A program made the position numbers and the translations under genes. The notes beneath the pieces are model-generated. The model was not told the origin of the DNA. It searched no databases and saw only the letters and a list, made by a program, of their open reading frames with translations. Below are positions 1 to 11,091 of a stretch of DNA of 64,000 bases, one piece after another (the first letter of the stretch is position 1; each line of letters starts with the position of its first letter). This DNA is from Squalus acanthias (taxonomy: Eukaryota), in assembly GCA_030390025.1 (NCBI GenBank), contig CM059431.1, positions 97,218,001 through 97,282,000 of the forward strand. Reading direction: 5' to 3'.

Positions 1-11
1 CAGAGAACAGG

Positions 12-767
12 ATGGAGATGGTGGAAAACACACCAAGTACAGTGGAAAAGAACAAAGACAGCAGAGGGCAGCACGGGTCGAGGGCAGAGTCGAGCCATAA
101 TACGGTTCAGGTCTCCCTAAAGAATCTGGTGTCCATGGGGGGAGAGGAGGCGGGAGCAGGGTGCGTGGTAAATGTAAGTACTCCAAAGAAAGATGGGGAG
201 TCGGACATCTCGGTGAGCAGGAGGGGCCAAGACAAGGAGAGGGTGCAAGAGGCAGGAGCCTTAAAGGGGCAGCAGGATGGGAGCGGCGAGACAAAGACGC
301 CAGAAGGGAGCAATATAGGTGCGCCATTGTCCCAGAGAGAGAAGGATCAGGGAGCAAGGGTCAGCGGTGGAGATGAGATCGAAGGAAGCAGCATTGTTGG
401 AGAAACCGCGATAGCAGGAAGACTCTCTATGGGAGATGATGTATCTGACGGGGAGCAGGATTATGTATCTGACGGGGAGCAGGAACAGAAGGTTACAGAA
501 GAGCTCAAGAGTGAGGAATTAGAGGGGGACAGAGACATGGAAGTGGGGGGTGGGGTGGCATCATGTGGAAAGGGAAAGGTTAGTGAGGGGCAGAAGGAGG
601 GAGAAGGGGCAGCTCCTTGACCCAAACTTAATGCAAGGAAGAGGCTGAAACAGCAGGGAAGGTTCAAACAGGAGGTGAAAAAGAACCGAAGGCTGCAGGA
701 AAAAGCAACAGCTGGCCGAAAAGTTGGGAAGGAGCATGAGAGGAGGGAAGGGCCAGAGATTAAATGA
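12..767 (+). pseudogene. Tx1 ORF1 C-terminal portion (E/G/K-rich), premature TGA at 618-620
   Basis: ORF 12..620 continues in the same frame to TGA 765-767, immediately before ORF2. Contains a 24-bp tandem duplication at ~437-485. Confidence 0.6.
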
Positions 768-2564
768 TGGGGAGATTATCAGGCATACTTCCCTTATTCG
801 GAGCCATGATTACATTGGTCTCGATTAATGTGAACGGACTGAGGGGTGAGAAGAAATTGCAGCAGTTGTTGCAGTTTTAAAGGCACTGACTTGTTGTGTC
901 TGCAAGAAACCTTTTGGGATGAGGATATCCTAGAAAGAGTTCGGAAGGTTTGGAAGGGAGAGGTGTTTGTAAGTTGTGCAAACAATAACCGTAGAGGGGT
1001 GGCTGTACTGGTGAGTCCGTCCATAAAAGAGAATGTTGCCTTGGTGGACAAGGACACTGAGGGGAGATTTTTAAGGCTAAGAGTAAAAATGGAGGAATTT
1101 AATTGCGATCTCTTTAATATCTATGCACCGAATGACCATTGCAAGCGTCGTGAGTTTTTTCAGGGGTTATTCACTGAAGTAGCAGAGGTGGAAAATCCTT
1201 GTATAGTGGGGGATTTTAATGTATTTTTATCTCGGATGGACATTTCAGCCCAGATGACCTTTAAGGATGATAACTCCAGAGGGATGATTGTAAAAATGAT
1301 GGCAAATTTAAATTTGAGAGACTTATGGAGGGACCGGAACCCCATAAAAAGGGAGTTCTCCAGAACAGGTTGGGTGGGTGATGTTTTAAAACAGAGCCGA
1401 ATAGATTTTGTGTTAATACGGGAAGGGTTAAGTTCTGAGGTGATGGAGATTTATTACAAAAAAGTATATTTTAGTGACCACTTGGCTTTGGTTCTTAGAA
1501 TTAGGAACAGCAGAGTTAAGATCGGTTCAGGGGTGTGGATTTTAAACAATCAATGCATGAAAGAAATTGCTTATAAAGAAGGGATTTTAAATATAATAAA
1601 GAATGCTCAGAAGGAACCTTTGTTCTTGAAAGAAAGAAGAGTTTGGTGGGACAATTTCAAATATGAGGTAAAAGTTTTTTCGGTACATTATGGGAAAAAG
1701 AGAGCGGCAGCTAACTGGTGTCGAGAAAAGAATATAAACAAAAGGTTTACGGATGTCTGTAAAGCAGTTGACGGAGGGGATAAGGGAGCTGAGACTAAGT
1801 TCCGGGTGTTAAAGGAAGAGTGGGAATTATTGCAAGCTGAAAAATGCAAGGGGGCCATTCTCCGTGCAAAGGCTAAAGATGCATTGGAGGGCGAAAGATG
1901 CACGAGATATTTTCTAGAGCAAGAGAAGCTGCGACAGAGATTATCATTAATTGGAGAGTTGAAGGTTGGGGAGAAGATCATGAATGAAAGTGGGGAGATT
2001 TTAGAGGCGGCTAGCAGCTTTTATCAAGAGTTATATACAAAAGAAGACATTTCCAATTTGGCGTTGGAGAAGGTTAGTGCTTTTATTGAAGAGGGTTTAA
2101 AGGAGGATGAGAGAAGCATGTGTGACAAAGAAGTAGGATCAGCGGAAATAAAAGTTGCAATAAGTGGAATGAAGGGGGGAAAAGCCCAGGGTCCGATAGA
2201 CTAAGTGCAGAATTTTATAAAGAATTTTTTGAGATTTTAAGTCCATTGCTCTTAGAGGTTTTGATTAAAATTGAGGGAAGCCTGGCCCCATGTATGAGGA
2301 GAGGTGTCATAAGCTTATCTTATAAAAATAAAGGGGATAGAAGAGATCTGAAGAATTGGAGGCCCATCACATTATTAAATGTGGATTATAAGATCTTGGC
2401 GAGGGTTATGGCAAATCGTATGAAGGAGGTGTGGCCGCGGATAGTTTTGCCCTCTCAGTCCTATGGAGTCATAGGCCGGGACATCGCAGACTCTGTGATC
2501 TCAATTCGAGATGCGATTGAGCTCATGGAAGAGAGTGGGAGGGAGGCTCATGTATTAAAGATAG

Positions 2565-2845
2565 TCCAAAAATGTGCGGGTTAGGTTGATTTGGCTATGA
2601 TAAATTGACCCTTAGTGTTAGGGGGGTATTAAATATGTGGGGTTATGGGGATAGGATGGGATATGTTAGGGGGAATTAAATACGTGGGGTTACGGGGGTA
2701 GGGTGGGATATGTGTACTGTGGGGATTAAAGCAGGGACAGGGTACTGGATTTGGATGATCAGCCATGATCGTATTGAATGGTGGAGCAGGCTCGACGGGC
2801 CGAATGGCCTACTCCTGCTCCTAGATTCTATGTTTCTATGTTTCT
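2565..2845 (+). mobile_element. 5'-truncated V-SINE (HE1-like) with CR1-derived 3' tail, inserted in the Tx1 RT
   Basis: Starts with V-domain-like TCCAAAAATGTGCGGGTTAGGTTGATTTGGCTATGATAAATTG. Ends with the CR1-type tail GGCCGAATGGCCTACTCCTGCTCC and (TTCTATGT)n. Splits the codons ATA G|AT CAA. Confidence 0.75.
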
Positions 2846-3931
2846 ATCAAGAGAAAGCCTTTGATAGGGTCTCTCGTGAGTTTTTATTGATGGTTTTGGA
2901 AGCATTTGGTTTCGGGGGAAATTTCATTGAGTGGATAAGGATTTTTTATTCAAACATATTTAGCTGTGTTAAATGTAATGGTTTTTTATCCAAGTATTTT
3001 CCGATACTGAGGTCAGTGAGACAGGGTTGTCCCCTATCCCCATTGGTAGCAGAACCATTAGGTTACATGATGCGAAAGAAACAAGGTGTAGTTGGGATTG
3101 CGGTTCCCAGTTCCGGGCTGGTGTCGGTGATACACCAGTATGCAGATGACACAACCTTAACATTGAGAAATGGGGAGTCAGTGAGGAAAGCTATGGACAT
3201 AGTGGAGGAGTATTGTAGAGCTTCAGGAGCCAGAGTGAATTATAGTAAGTCCCAATGCCTGGTTGCAGGAAGGGGTAGGGGGGAATGGTTGGAGGAAAGT
3301 CCCTTTAAGGTGGTGGAGGTTTTGGAAGTTCTGGGGGTGCATATGGGGTGCAAGAAAGACAGGGATGAAGTGGATCGATTAAATTGGGAACCAAAGGTTG
3401 TGAAAATTAAAAAGATTTTGGGAAGATGGGAAAGAAGGTGGTTGAAAGTGCAAGGAAGAGCGACAGTGGTGTCCACTCTCCTGCTATCTAAGCTATGGTA
3501 CTTATTGACGGTGGAGGATATTCCTGAGTGGGCGGAAAAGTCCATCCGAGAGGCTTGTGTGAGGTTTTTATGGAAAGGGAAACCAGCCTTGGTTGCTTAC
3601 AATACCATCATTGGACGGAGAAATCAGGGAGGACTCAATTTCCCAGATATTGATTTGAAGAAAAAATCCTTTAGAATCAAATGGGTGAAGAGATTTCTTC
3701 AGAAGTCAAATACAAGTTTTTGGAAGAGTTGTTTCGAGCATTTTTTTAAATGAAGTGGGATAGGAGGGCAGGGGATATTGTATATGGAATACAATAATAT
3801 GTTTTTGAAATTGATTAAACCTCTCCCTAGGTTTTATAAGCCATGATGCGGAGATGCCGGTGTTGGACTGGGGTGGACAAAAATGAGAAGTCGCACAACA
3901 CCAGGTTATAGTCCAACAGTTTTATTTGAAA

Positions 3932-3968
3932 TCACAAGCTTTTGGAGCGCTGCTCCTTCGTCAGGTGA
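3932..3968 (-). ncRNA. Minimal hammerhead motif, mutated (GAAA to AAAA, G12)
   Basis: Mirror copy of 3978-4014 with a CpG-type transition in the conserved GAAA. Confidence 0.7.
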
Positions 3969-3977
3969 AGTGGCACT

Positions 3978-4014
3978 TCACCTGACGAAGGAGCAGCGCT
4001 CCGAAAGCTTGTGA
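3978..4014 (+). ncRNA. Minimal type I hammerhead ribozyme motif, intact core
   Basis: TCAC-CTGACGA-A-GGAGC-agc-GCTCC-GAAA-GC-TT-GTGA: stem I TCAC/GTGA, 5-bp stem II, palindromic AGCT stem III. Confidence 0.8.
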
Positions 4015-5280
4015 TTTCAAATAAAACTGTTGGACTATAACCTGGTGTTGTGCGACTTCTCATTTAGGTTTTATAAGGGGGTTGTAGAGACTTGGGCCCA
4101 ATTTTTAAAAAGTGTGCAGTTTATGCCCAAGGTTGCTGAGGAATTTTTAGAACAGCCCTTATTTTTGAACAGGTGGGCCAACATTGAAGGAGAGGTATTA
4201 TTTAATCAAGCTTTTATAAAAGCTGGTATTATACGTGTGAAAGATGTATTATACGAGGTAATTCCAGGTTGGTTGCCGGAAGCGATAGTGAGGGACATGG
4301 TGTGGGAGGAGGATCAGGAGGTAGAGGAAAAAGCAATAGGGATCATGTATGAGAAGATTGTGAGGGCAATGCCACAGGATTGGATGGAAGAAATAAATGC
4401 GGAAATCTCCAAAGGAAGTAAAATGCGTCCCGCTTTGCCAAGCTTTCTGCTGGAGAAAGGGGGAGAGTTGGTCTAACTTGACAACTGTAATACTCGAGAT
4501 TTCTATGAGGTATTTAGGGAATGGAGATTCAAGACACCTGCTGGTCAGGAGTTTTGGCAGAGTATATACCCACAGCTGGACTTCAACAGAATTTGGAAGG
4601 GAGTGTGGGTGAATTTTAAATGTCCAGAGTGGATTGAACTGGATTTCAAATTGGCTCATAACCGGATTTTTACCATGACGGTCTTGTGTAAGATTGGACG
4701 AGTGGAGGGGACAACTTGCCCAGTGTGTGGGACGCGGGCTGAGACTCTGTCTCATTTACTGGTGTTATGTCTGCAGTTAAATGATTTTAAGTACGATGTT
4801 CGACAGTTGTGTGAAGTTTTTTTGCTGGGTGGGGACCGAAGAGCGAGAATGGGAATCCCGTGGGACTCAATTTTGAGATGGGGATTTCAGGAGAGTCTGC
4901 CCGAGTCTAGTGGAGCGGCAATTAATTTAATGTTCAGTTTGGCTAGATTCGTGATTGTGCAAAGAAGGAATGCTCTGTTTTTTAAGGGGAGGAGAGTCCA
5001 TCTAAAAGAGTATTTTAAATATAAGCTAAAAGATCATTAGAAGGCTTTGTGGATGTTTTATTCAGAAAGGAATTTAAAGATAGTATTTTACGATCAATTT
5101 TTAAAGTACAATCGATTAATATATGTTACGGGAGACAAATTAAACTTCAGGTTTTGATGGTAATATATGGTGGAGGAATGGCTGTGCAGAGCGGCGGAAT
5201 TGATTTGTATGATACAATGGAATGAACACGATGTTGTAAATGTTCTTAATGTTCAATAAATAATATAATAATTAAAAAAA

Positions 5281-6467
5281 ACTCACTTCTGAATCAGAAG
5301 GTCATGGGTTCAAGCCCTACTCCAGAGACTTGCGTGCAAAATCTAGGCTGATACTCCCAGTGCTGTAGTGAGGGAGTGCTACACTGTCAGAGGTGCCGTC
5401 TTTTGGATCAGACATTAAACCAAGGCCTCATCTGCCTTCTCAGGTGGACGTAAATATCCCAGGGCACTATTTGAAGAAGAGCAAGGGAGTTCTCCCCGGT
5501 GTCCTGGCCAATATTTATCCCTCTACCAACATAACTAAAAAACACATTGGCCCAGAAATTGATCTCGCTCTGTTCCCGCGGGGGTAAGGCTTCCCCGCGA
5601 TCTCTCACTCCGCGTTGGCTTTTTCAGATCCAGCTCGCACGAACTTGATGTTCCAGACATCAGCTGGGCAGTGCTTGCGTATCTCACCGGCGTAGTGAAT
5701 TCGTGCGAGCTGTGGGATCACGTGACTCAGTTAGAGCCAATGGCAGCACACCATCTTCCATTCATAAGTTTCACTTCCGTGCTGTGAAATCTATGAATCT
5801 TACACCCCCCCAAAATAACAGCTAAACCTCAATTAAATTTTTTTAAAAACCATCACATTAATAAAATAAGTATAGTTAAATAAATTAACCATTTTAAATA
5901 AAAAATTAAATTTTTGAAAAAATTTAAAATCTTTTAAAAAGTTATAAAAATAAACTTACCTGTCTTTAAAGTCTCTAAAAAAGATATACCTGTTAAAAAA
6001 AATTCAAAAAAATACTTAATTCACTACTTACCTTGTTAAAAGTGGGTCTTACTCCTCCTTTTTCCATTTCTAAAATCTTCCGTCCTTACCTGCGCGTCCA
6101 AAGCACAAAGTGCACAGCGTGCGCGCAGCCTGTAGCGCGCACGCGATGCACCGAGGAACCGCCCCCTTTTCAAAAGACCAAGTGCCGGTTTTCAGCGCAT
6201 GCGCAGGGCATGCAGAAAACCGGCAATTGGAGAGAGAATACGTGAGAGTACGCAGTGCGTACTCTCGCGCAGCGGGATGAATTTTTGGCCCATTATCTGA
6301 TCATTTATTTAATTGTTGTTTGTGGGAGCTTGCTGAGCACAAATTGGCTGCCGCGTTTCCTACATTACAGCAGTGTCTACACTTCAAAAAGTACCTCATT
6401 GGTGGTAAAGCGCTTTCGGACATCCTGAAGTCATGAAAGGTGCTACAGAAATGCAAGATCTTTCTTT
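5281..6467 (+). mobile_element. tRNA-derived Deu-core SINE (SacSINE1-like); head cut by the Tx1, body split by a MITE
   Basis: B-box GGTTCAAGCCC; core GAAGAAGAGCAAGGGAGTTCTCCCCGGTGTCCTGGCCAATATTTATCC; tail GAAATGCAAG..TCTTTCTTT. Homologous to 11727-12113. Confidence 0.8.
5549..6291. mobile_element. PIF/Harbinger-type MITE (family M1, copy 1)
   Basis: Imperfect TIRs GGCCCAGAAATT...AATTTTTGGCCC; 3-bp TSD ATT (5546-5548, 6292-6294); interrupts the SINE; diverged relative in opposite orientation at 42171-42933. Confidence 0.8.
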
Positions 6468-7345
6468 AGATCTTAACCTGAGGGGGAGGTTGAGAGACTG
6501 GTAAATATAAATGAAGGGTTAATCGTTGTTAACAAAAGGCTAGAAGGGAATGTTATTCAGGGTAAGGAGACAAATGTAAATATAGTTTAACAAGCAATTA
6601 AAGAGATTATTAGGATATTGACAAATTGGATTGTTTTTATAGTAAATGTCAACTGGTGTATCAGAAACAAAGTTCACGTGGGCGATAGAGATGGGTATTG
6701 CTGTACTGATCAAATAAAAAACTAGTGAACACCTGGGGATGGGACAGATTTTACACAGTTATATTTAGAATGGATAGAATAACTAAGTTAGGATTGCTTG
6801 GAAGAGATTTAGCTTTGGCTGATGGGAGATCTGAGCCAGTTTGGGTGGATATCTGCAACACAAAGCGTAGGAAATTAATAATTGGGATTTGCTATCGACT
6901 GCCGGACAAGAGGAGGAAATTGATATGGAATTATTTGAACAAATAAAGACTGCATCAAGGAAAGGGAGGGTGATAATTATAGTGGATTTTAATTACCCTA
7001 ATTTGAAATGGAATGAGGTAGACTAATCTTCCAAAGGTCAGTGATGCAGTCAGACCCTGACTGCTTCCCGACACAACATTTTAAAACAGACTTGATTTCA
7101 TATTCAGCAGACAGCCTGAGATAGTGGAGAATTTAGCAGTGGGGAATATAGTAGCACTGATGGTTATATCACTGCACTTCACGCTGTGACATGAGGAAGT
7201 ACAGGGGCTAAAAAAATATACTGAAATGTAACAAAGCTGATTTTCAAGCTATGGGTAAAATTGGAAAACAAAATGGGAGGGGCAAGCACCAAAGGAAAGG
7301 GAAAGACTTTAAACTGATGCCCGTTGATATCTCGAAGCATTCCTC

Positions 7346-8258
7346 AGGGTAGATTTTTGTCTTCGCCCGCGCAGTACTCTGGTGAGCAGATCTCCTGCCT
7401 GTTATAGAACCCGCTCGATTGGAATCTATGGGGGAGAAATTCCCCTGGTTTGCGCCTCCCATTAGCACCTGCAGGGGGCACTAACAGGGTGCTAAGGGGT
7501 TACTGACCGGGAGCGGCGAATTCACCGGCGCCTGCGAACTTCCCTGGCAGATTTGCGCTGGCATTAATACTTACCGCCTCGCTCTCTTGCACCCCGAAGA
7601 TCGTAATGTGATCCGGTGTGCAGCGCCCCGTTAGCGCCCTGGAAGTGATATTCGCTCCCGCCTCCTGCAGCATTCCCGGGCGTCAATAACGGCAGCTGCA
7701 GGAGGTGTTGTCACCTCGGCTGGCTGCTTGGGGAGCGATATTTAAAGGCAGTGCTGGCCAGATAGGGCAAAATTTATTTATGTCCCCATTCTGGTGCCTC
7801 CTGCTTTCTTTTGCCCCCGTGATTGCTCAGCCCTGCACTCTCAGAGTGCTTGGGGCTGCAATGCGCGCTGCGCAGGTGCCGTCGCCCAACAGACACAGCC
7901 TGAAGATTCATTCAAAGCAGCATTGGCCCTTCTCTTTCAGGGAGGGAAGGAGCCTGTAAAGATGGCAGCGCTGCCCTGAACATTGCTCAGCGCTCTGCCG
8001 ATGCCCCCCTCTCACTCCTTTTAGCGCTCTAAGGGAAGTGGTCGTGCTTGATTTAGCGCTCCACTTCCCTCTTGGAGCGCTAAAGCAGAAATTCCCAGCA
8101 GCAGCAGATCTTTTTCGCCTGCCGATACTTTTGCGCTCCCTGAAAAGTTATCACCCCAAATGGGGCACTACGCAATTTCTAGCCCTATAGTTCTATAATG
8201 GGGTAGCGATCTGCTCAACCAGATTACTGCCCGGGCCGAGAAGACAAATATTTACCCC
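7346..8258. mobile_element. Palindromic MITE with ~65-bp TIRs, hosting a nested MITE
   Basis: 7346-7410 (GGGTAGATTTTTGTCTTC...GAGCAGATC...TTATAGAAC) is the imperfect reverse complement of 8190-8258. Confidence 0.7.
7430..8185. mobile_element. GC-rich PIF/Harbinger-type MITE nested in the palindromic MITE
   Basis: TIRs GGGGGAGAAATT...AATTTCTAGCCC; 3-bp TSD TAT (7427-7429, 8186-8188). Confidence 0.7.
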
Positions 8259-8435
8259 ATTTTATCTTTCTTTTGACAGTTTTCTCTCTTATTCTTTCCC
8301 ATTCTCTAATGTTTTATCTTCTTGTCTTGTGTTTTAATCTGATTCCTTTCTCATCTCTCTCTATGACTATCTCATTCTGGTTCTGTCTCTATTTGTCTCC
8401 AATTATTTCTCACTCTTTGTGAAAATATCTACTTC

Positions 8436-8940
8436 CCCCTATTTTCTGTCACCTCTCTCCGTCTCCCAATACCTCTCTCCATCTCCCAATACCTCTCTCC
8501 GTCTCCCAATACCTCTCTCCATCTCCCAATACCTCTCTCCGTCTCCCAATATCTGTCCATCTTCCAATACCTCTGTCCATCTCCCAATAGCTCTGTCCAT
8601 CTCCCACTATCTCTCCCAATACCTCTGTCCATCTCCCAATATCTCTCCCAATATCTCTGTCTGTCTCCCAATACCTCTGTCCATCTCCCAATAGCTCTGT
8701 CCGTCTCCCAATATCTCTCCCAATATCTCTGTCTCCCAATATCTGTCCGTCTCCAATACCTCTGTCCGTCTCCCAATACCTCTGTCCATCTCCCAATAGC
8801 TCTGTCCGTCTCCCAATAGCTCTGTCCGTCTCCCAATATCTCTCCCAATATCTCTGTCTCCCAATATCTGTCTGTCTCCCAATACCTCTGTCCGTCTCCC
8901 AATATCTCTCCCAATATCTCTCTCTGTCTCCCAATATCTC
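8436..8940. repeat. Pyrimidine-rich minisatellite, ~20-bp unit CTCCCAATACCTCTGTCCRT with shorter variants
   Basis: Directly visible tandem units; explains the stop-free WETDR/GDGQ ORFs. Confidence 0.95.
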
Positions 8941-10631
8941 CAGTTGACACGGGTGATGGCAGGATCAGAACTCTCTTCCGCAAACGGCAATTGATGCTAG
9001 GTCATTTGTTAATTTTACATATAATAAATACCCACACTAGCACATATCCTGTGGTACTGCTCAGTGAGTCAGAGGTGATGCTGTTTTATAACAATATCAA
9101 CAAAGTGTGAGACGGAAAGTGTTACAGGAAGTAGTTGTGATATTTAGAGGAAGTCCGCACTGTATGTAAGACTGTATAAATAGGTTATTTGGAAAGAGTA
9201 AAATGAATCATGCTCTTATACCAATAGAATCATATTGAACATAGACATCAATGGTTCAATGGTGTTAAAAAAAATAACAGAAAGGAAAATTAGAAAGATT
9301 TTAAAAGGAGGTTAAATTAAAATATTTGGACAAAAATGTAAAAACAAATCCTGGAAAAATTGTATGGTGATAGTCTGAGAAATAAAACCAGTTTGGGGCG
9401 AGCACAGAGCCCAGAATGTATTGAAGAACAAGAGGGAATCCCGGACAGTGAAAGATGAGATTGCAGGGGAGGAATTGCATTGGAAATTTGAAATATTTCT
9501 TGCAACATTTTTCACTTTAAAAAGATGTCGGTAAATTCTGTCTGTCAGTCGCAGAGATATAAGAGTTATCTATATTCATAGAGAAGGTAGAGATGGGTAA
9601 TGAAATGGTTATTAAAAGCTGGAGGACTTGAATATTCATGAGATGGAATGTATCCAGGAGTGCTTAAGGACACAAAGGGAGAAGTAGAGATTTTTCACAA
9701 CTCATCAAACCCAGGGGTAGTACCAGAAGATTGGAGGACAGTTAAATGTTGTCAAGTTGTAATGTTGGATAGTACACACCAGTCAGTATTAATGAACAAA
9801 GGTTCCAGGGCTAATTAAACGGGCTTGTTCCCCCATGCCTTTGCTGTTTCCACATTGCAGCTGAATCAAATTCCTGGACAAAGAACAGGCAGAGACCCTC
9901 ATGCGATTCAATATATTTACATCTCCCTCCTCAAAAGAAAAGCAAACCCTTGCATCAAAACAAGCGATAGCGTGAAGGGTAAATGTGCCAATTTTGGTGT
10001 GTATGCCACAGTGGATCACATGCCGGGTGTGCATTTTGGAATATTGGATAGTCACTCCACACATCTCCATCCGTTTAGTTCTGAGCAGGTACCCAATCAC
10101 AATAATGTAATTTTTTAAGTCTGATTAGCTGCACCCAATGAGATACCACCAGCCATGTGTACAGGCAGTGTCACAGATACCCAGCAATGATTGAACTGTC
10201 TTTACAGGCTTTGGGTCAGCAGAGAGCCAGATGCAGAGATGTGCAATATACTGCAAGGATCCTCTGCAGCTAACAGGCACCATCAGGCTGGCATAGACCG
10301 TGACAGCCTAACCCAGCTTCCACCTCTTTCCAAGCACACTGCAATGCTAACAGGGCCATAGTCCTTACAGCCACCTCATGCAACAATATCAGATAGGCTC
10401 GGGCGCTGGATCACTCCATCACGTGCTCGCAGATTCGGGAATGCACCGCGGGTTTTCTTTCATTTTATTTTGGTTTGTTACTTCTTCTGCACTCTCCTCC
10501 TTCAATTTTTGCAAAGGTTGCCATTCAGTCCCTCAAGCCTATTCAGCCATTCAATTAGATCATGTACCTAAACTCCATTTATCCGCCTTTTCTCCATATC
10601 CCTTGATACCTTACCCAACAAAAATCTATCG

Positions 10632-11091
10632 CCACAAAAGCAAAATACTGTGGATGCTGGAAATCTGAAATAAAAACAGAAAATGCTGAAATACTCAGCA
10701 GGTCAGGCAGCATCTGTGGAGAGAGAAACAGTTAACGTTTCAGGTCAATGACCTTTCGTCAGAACTGGAAAAAGTTAGAGATGTAACAGATTTTAAGCAA
10801 GTGCAGAGGCAGGGAAAGCGGGGAAGGGAGGAAAGAATAAAAGGGATGGTCTGTGATAGGGTGGAAGGCAGGAGAGATTAAATGACAAAGGGGATGATGG
10901 CACAAAGATCAAACACGAGAAGGGAAACAGAAAGCAATGAAGATGAACACGGTAAAAGAGACAAACGGAAATCCCGTCGGAGAGAAGAGCAGAACTTCTT
11001 CAAGGTGGGCATTCCTGGAAGAGAAGTGGCAGTGAATTAAACACTAACACAAAAGTAAAATACTGCGAATGCTGGAAATCTGAAATGAAAA
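10632..11091 (-). mobile_element. Internally deleted Penelope-like element with direct pLTR ends
   Basis: CACAAAAG.AAAATACTG.G.ATGCTGGAAATCTGAAAT occurs at 10633 and again at 11048. Homologous to the pLTR at 56825-57240. TSD CTATCG (10626-10631, 11092-11097). Confidence 0.8.
10729..10767 (-). ncRNA. Minimal type I hammerhead ribozyme motif, intact core
   Basis: Minus strand: CAGTT-CTGACGA-A-AGGTC-att-GACCT-GAAA-CG-TT-AACTG. Confidence 0.85.

Larger units (their letters stand above)
3841..4065. mobile_element. Non-autonomous palindromic Penelope pLTR-derived element with two inverted hammerhead motifs
   Basis: 92-bp inverted arms (3881-3972 / 3974-4065) plus a 40-bp one-sided extension. Flanked by TSD TAGGTTTTATAAG (3828-3840, 4065-4077). 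Confidence 0.8.
764..5157 (+). pseudogene. Tx1 ORF2 (APE-RT-zinc knuckle), disrupted by frameshifts, stops and two insertions
   Basis: ORF pieces 846-2204, 2246-2584, 2710-3753, 4030-4476 and 4603-5040 are collinear. Removing 2565-2845 restores VLKI-DQEKAFD. Final frame ends at TGA 5155-5157. Confidence 0.9.
1..5281 (+). mobile_element. Tx1-clade (L1 group) non-LTR retrotransposon, decayed; 5' part lies outside the window
   Basis: Low-complexity ORF1 tail, then ORF2 with APE endonuclease (SINVNGL, CLQET, GDFN, SRIDF, SDH), RT (NWRPITLLNVDYKI, DQEKAFDRV, RQGCPLSP, YADD) and a C-terminal CxxC..H..C knuckle (CPVC..ETLSHLLVLC). AATAAA at 5255 and short poly(A) 5274-5281. Confidence 0.9.
6490..9760 (+). 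mobile_element. Old, heavily decayed CR1 LINE remnants (about 6490-7320 and 9050-9760), interrupted by MITEs and a minisatellite
   Basis: Residual motifs IGICYRLPD, VIIIVDFNYPN and GVVPEDWR in broken frames. Confidence 0.55.

Noticed and set aside
8419..8990. WETDR / GDGQRY repeat ORFs
   Set aside because: Minisatellite artefacts, open in all three minus frames.
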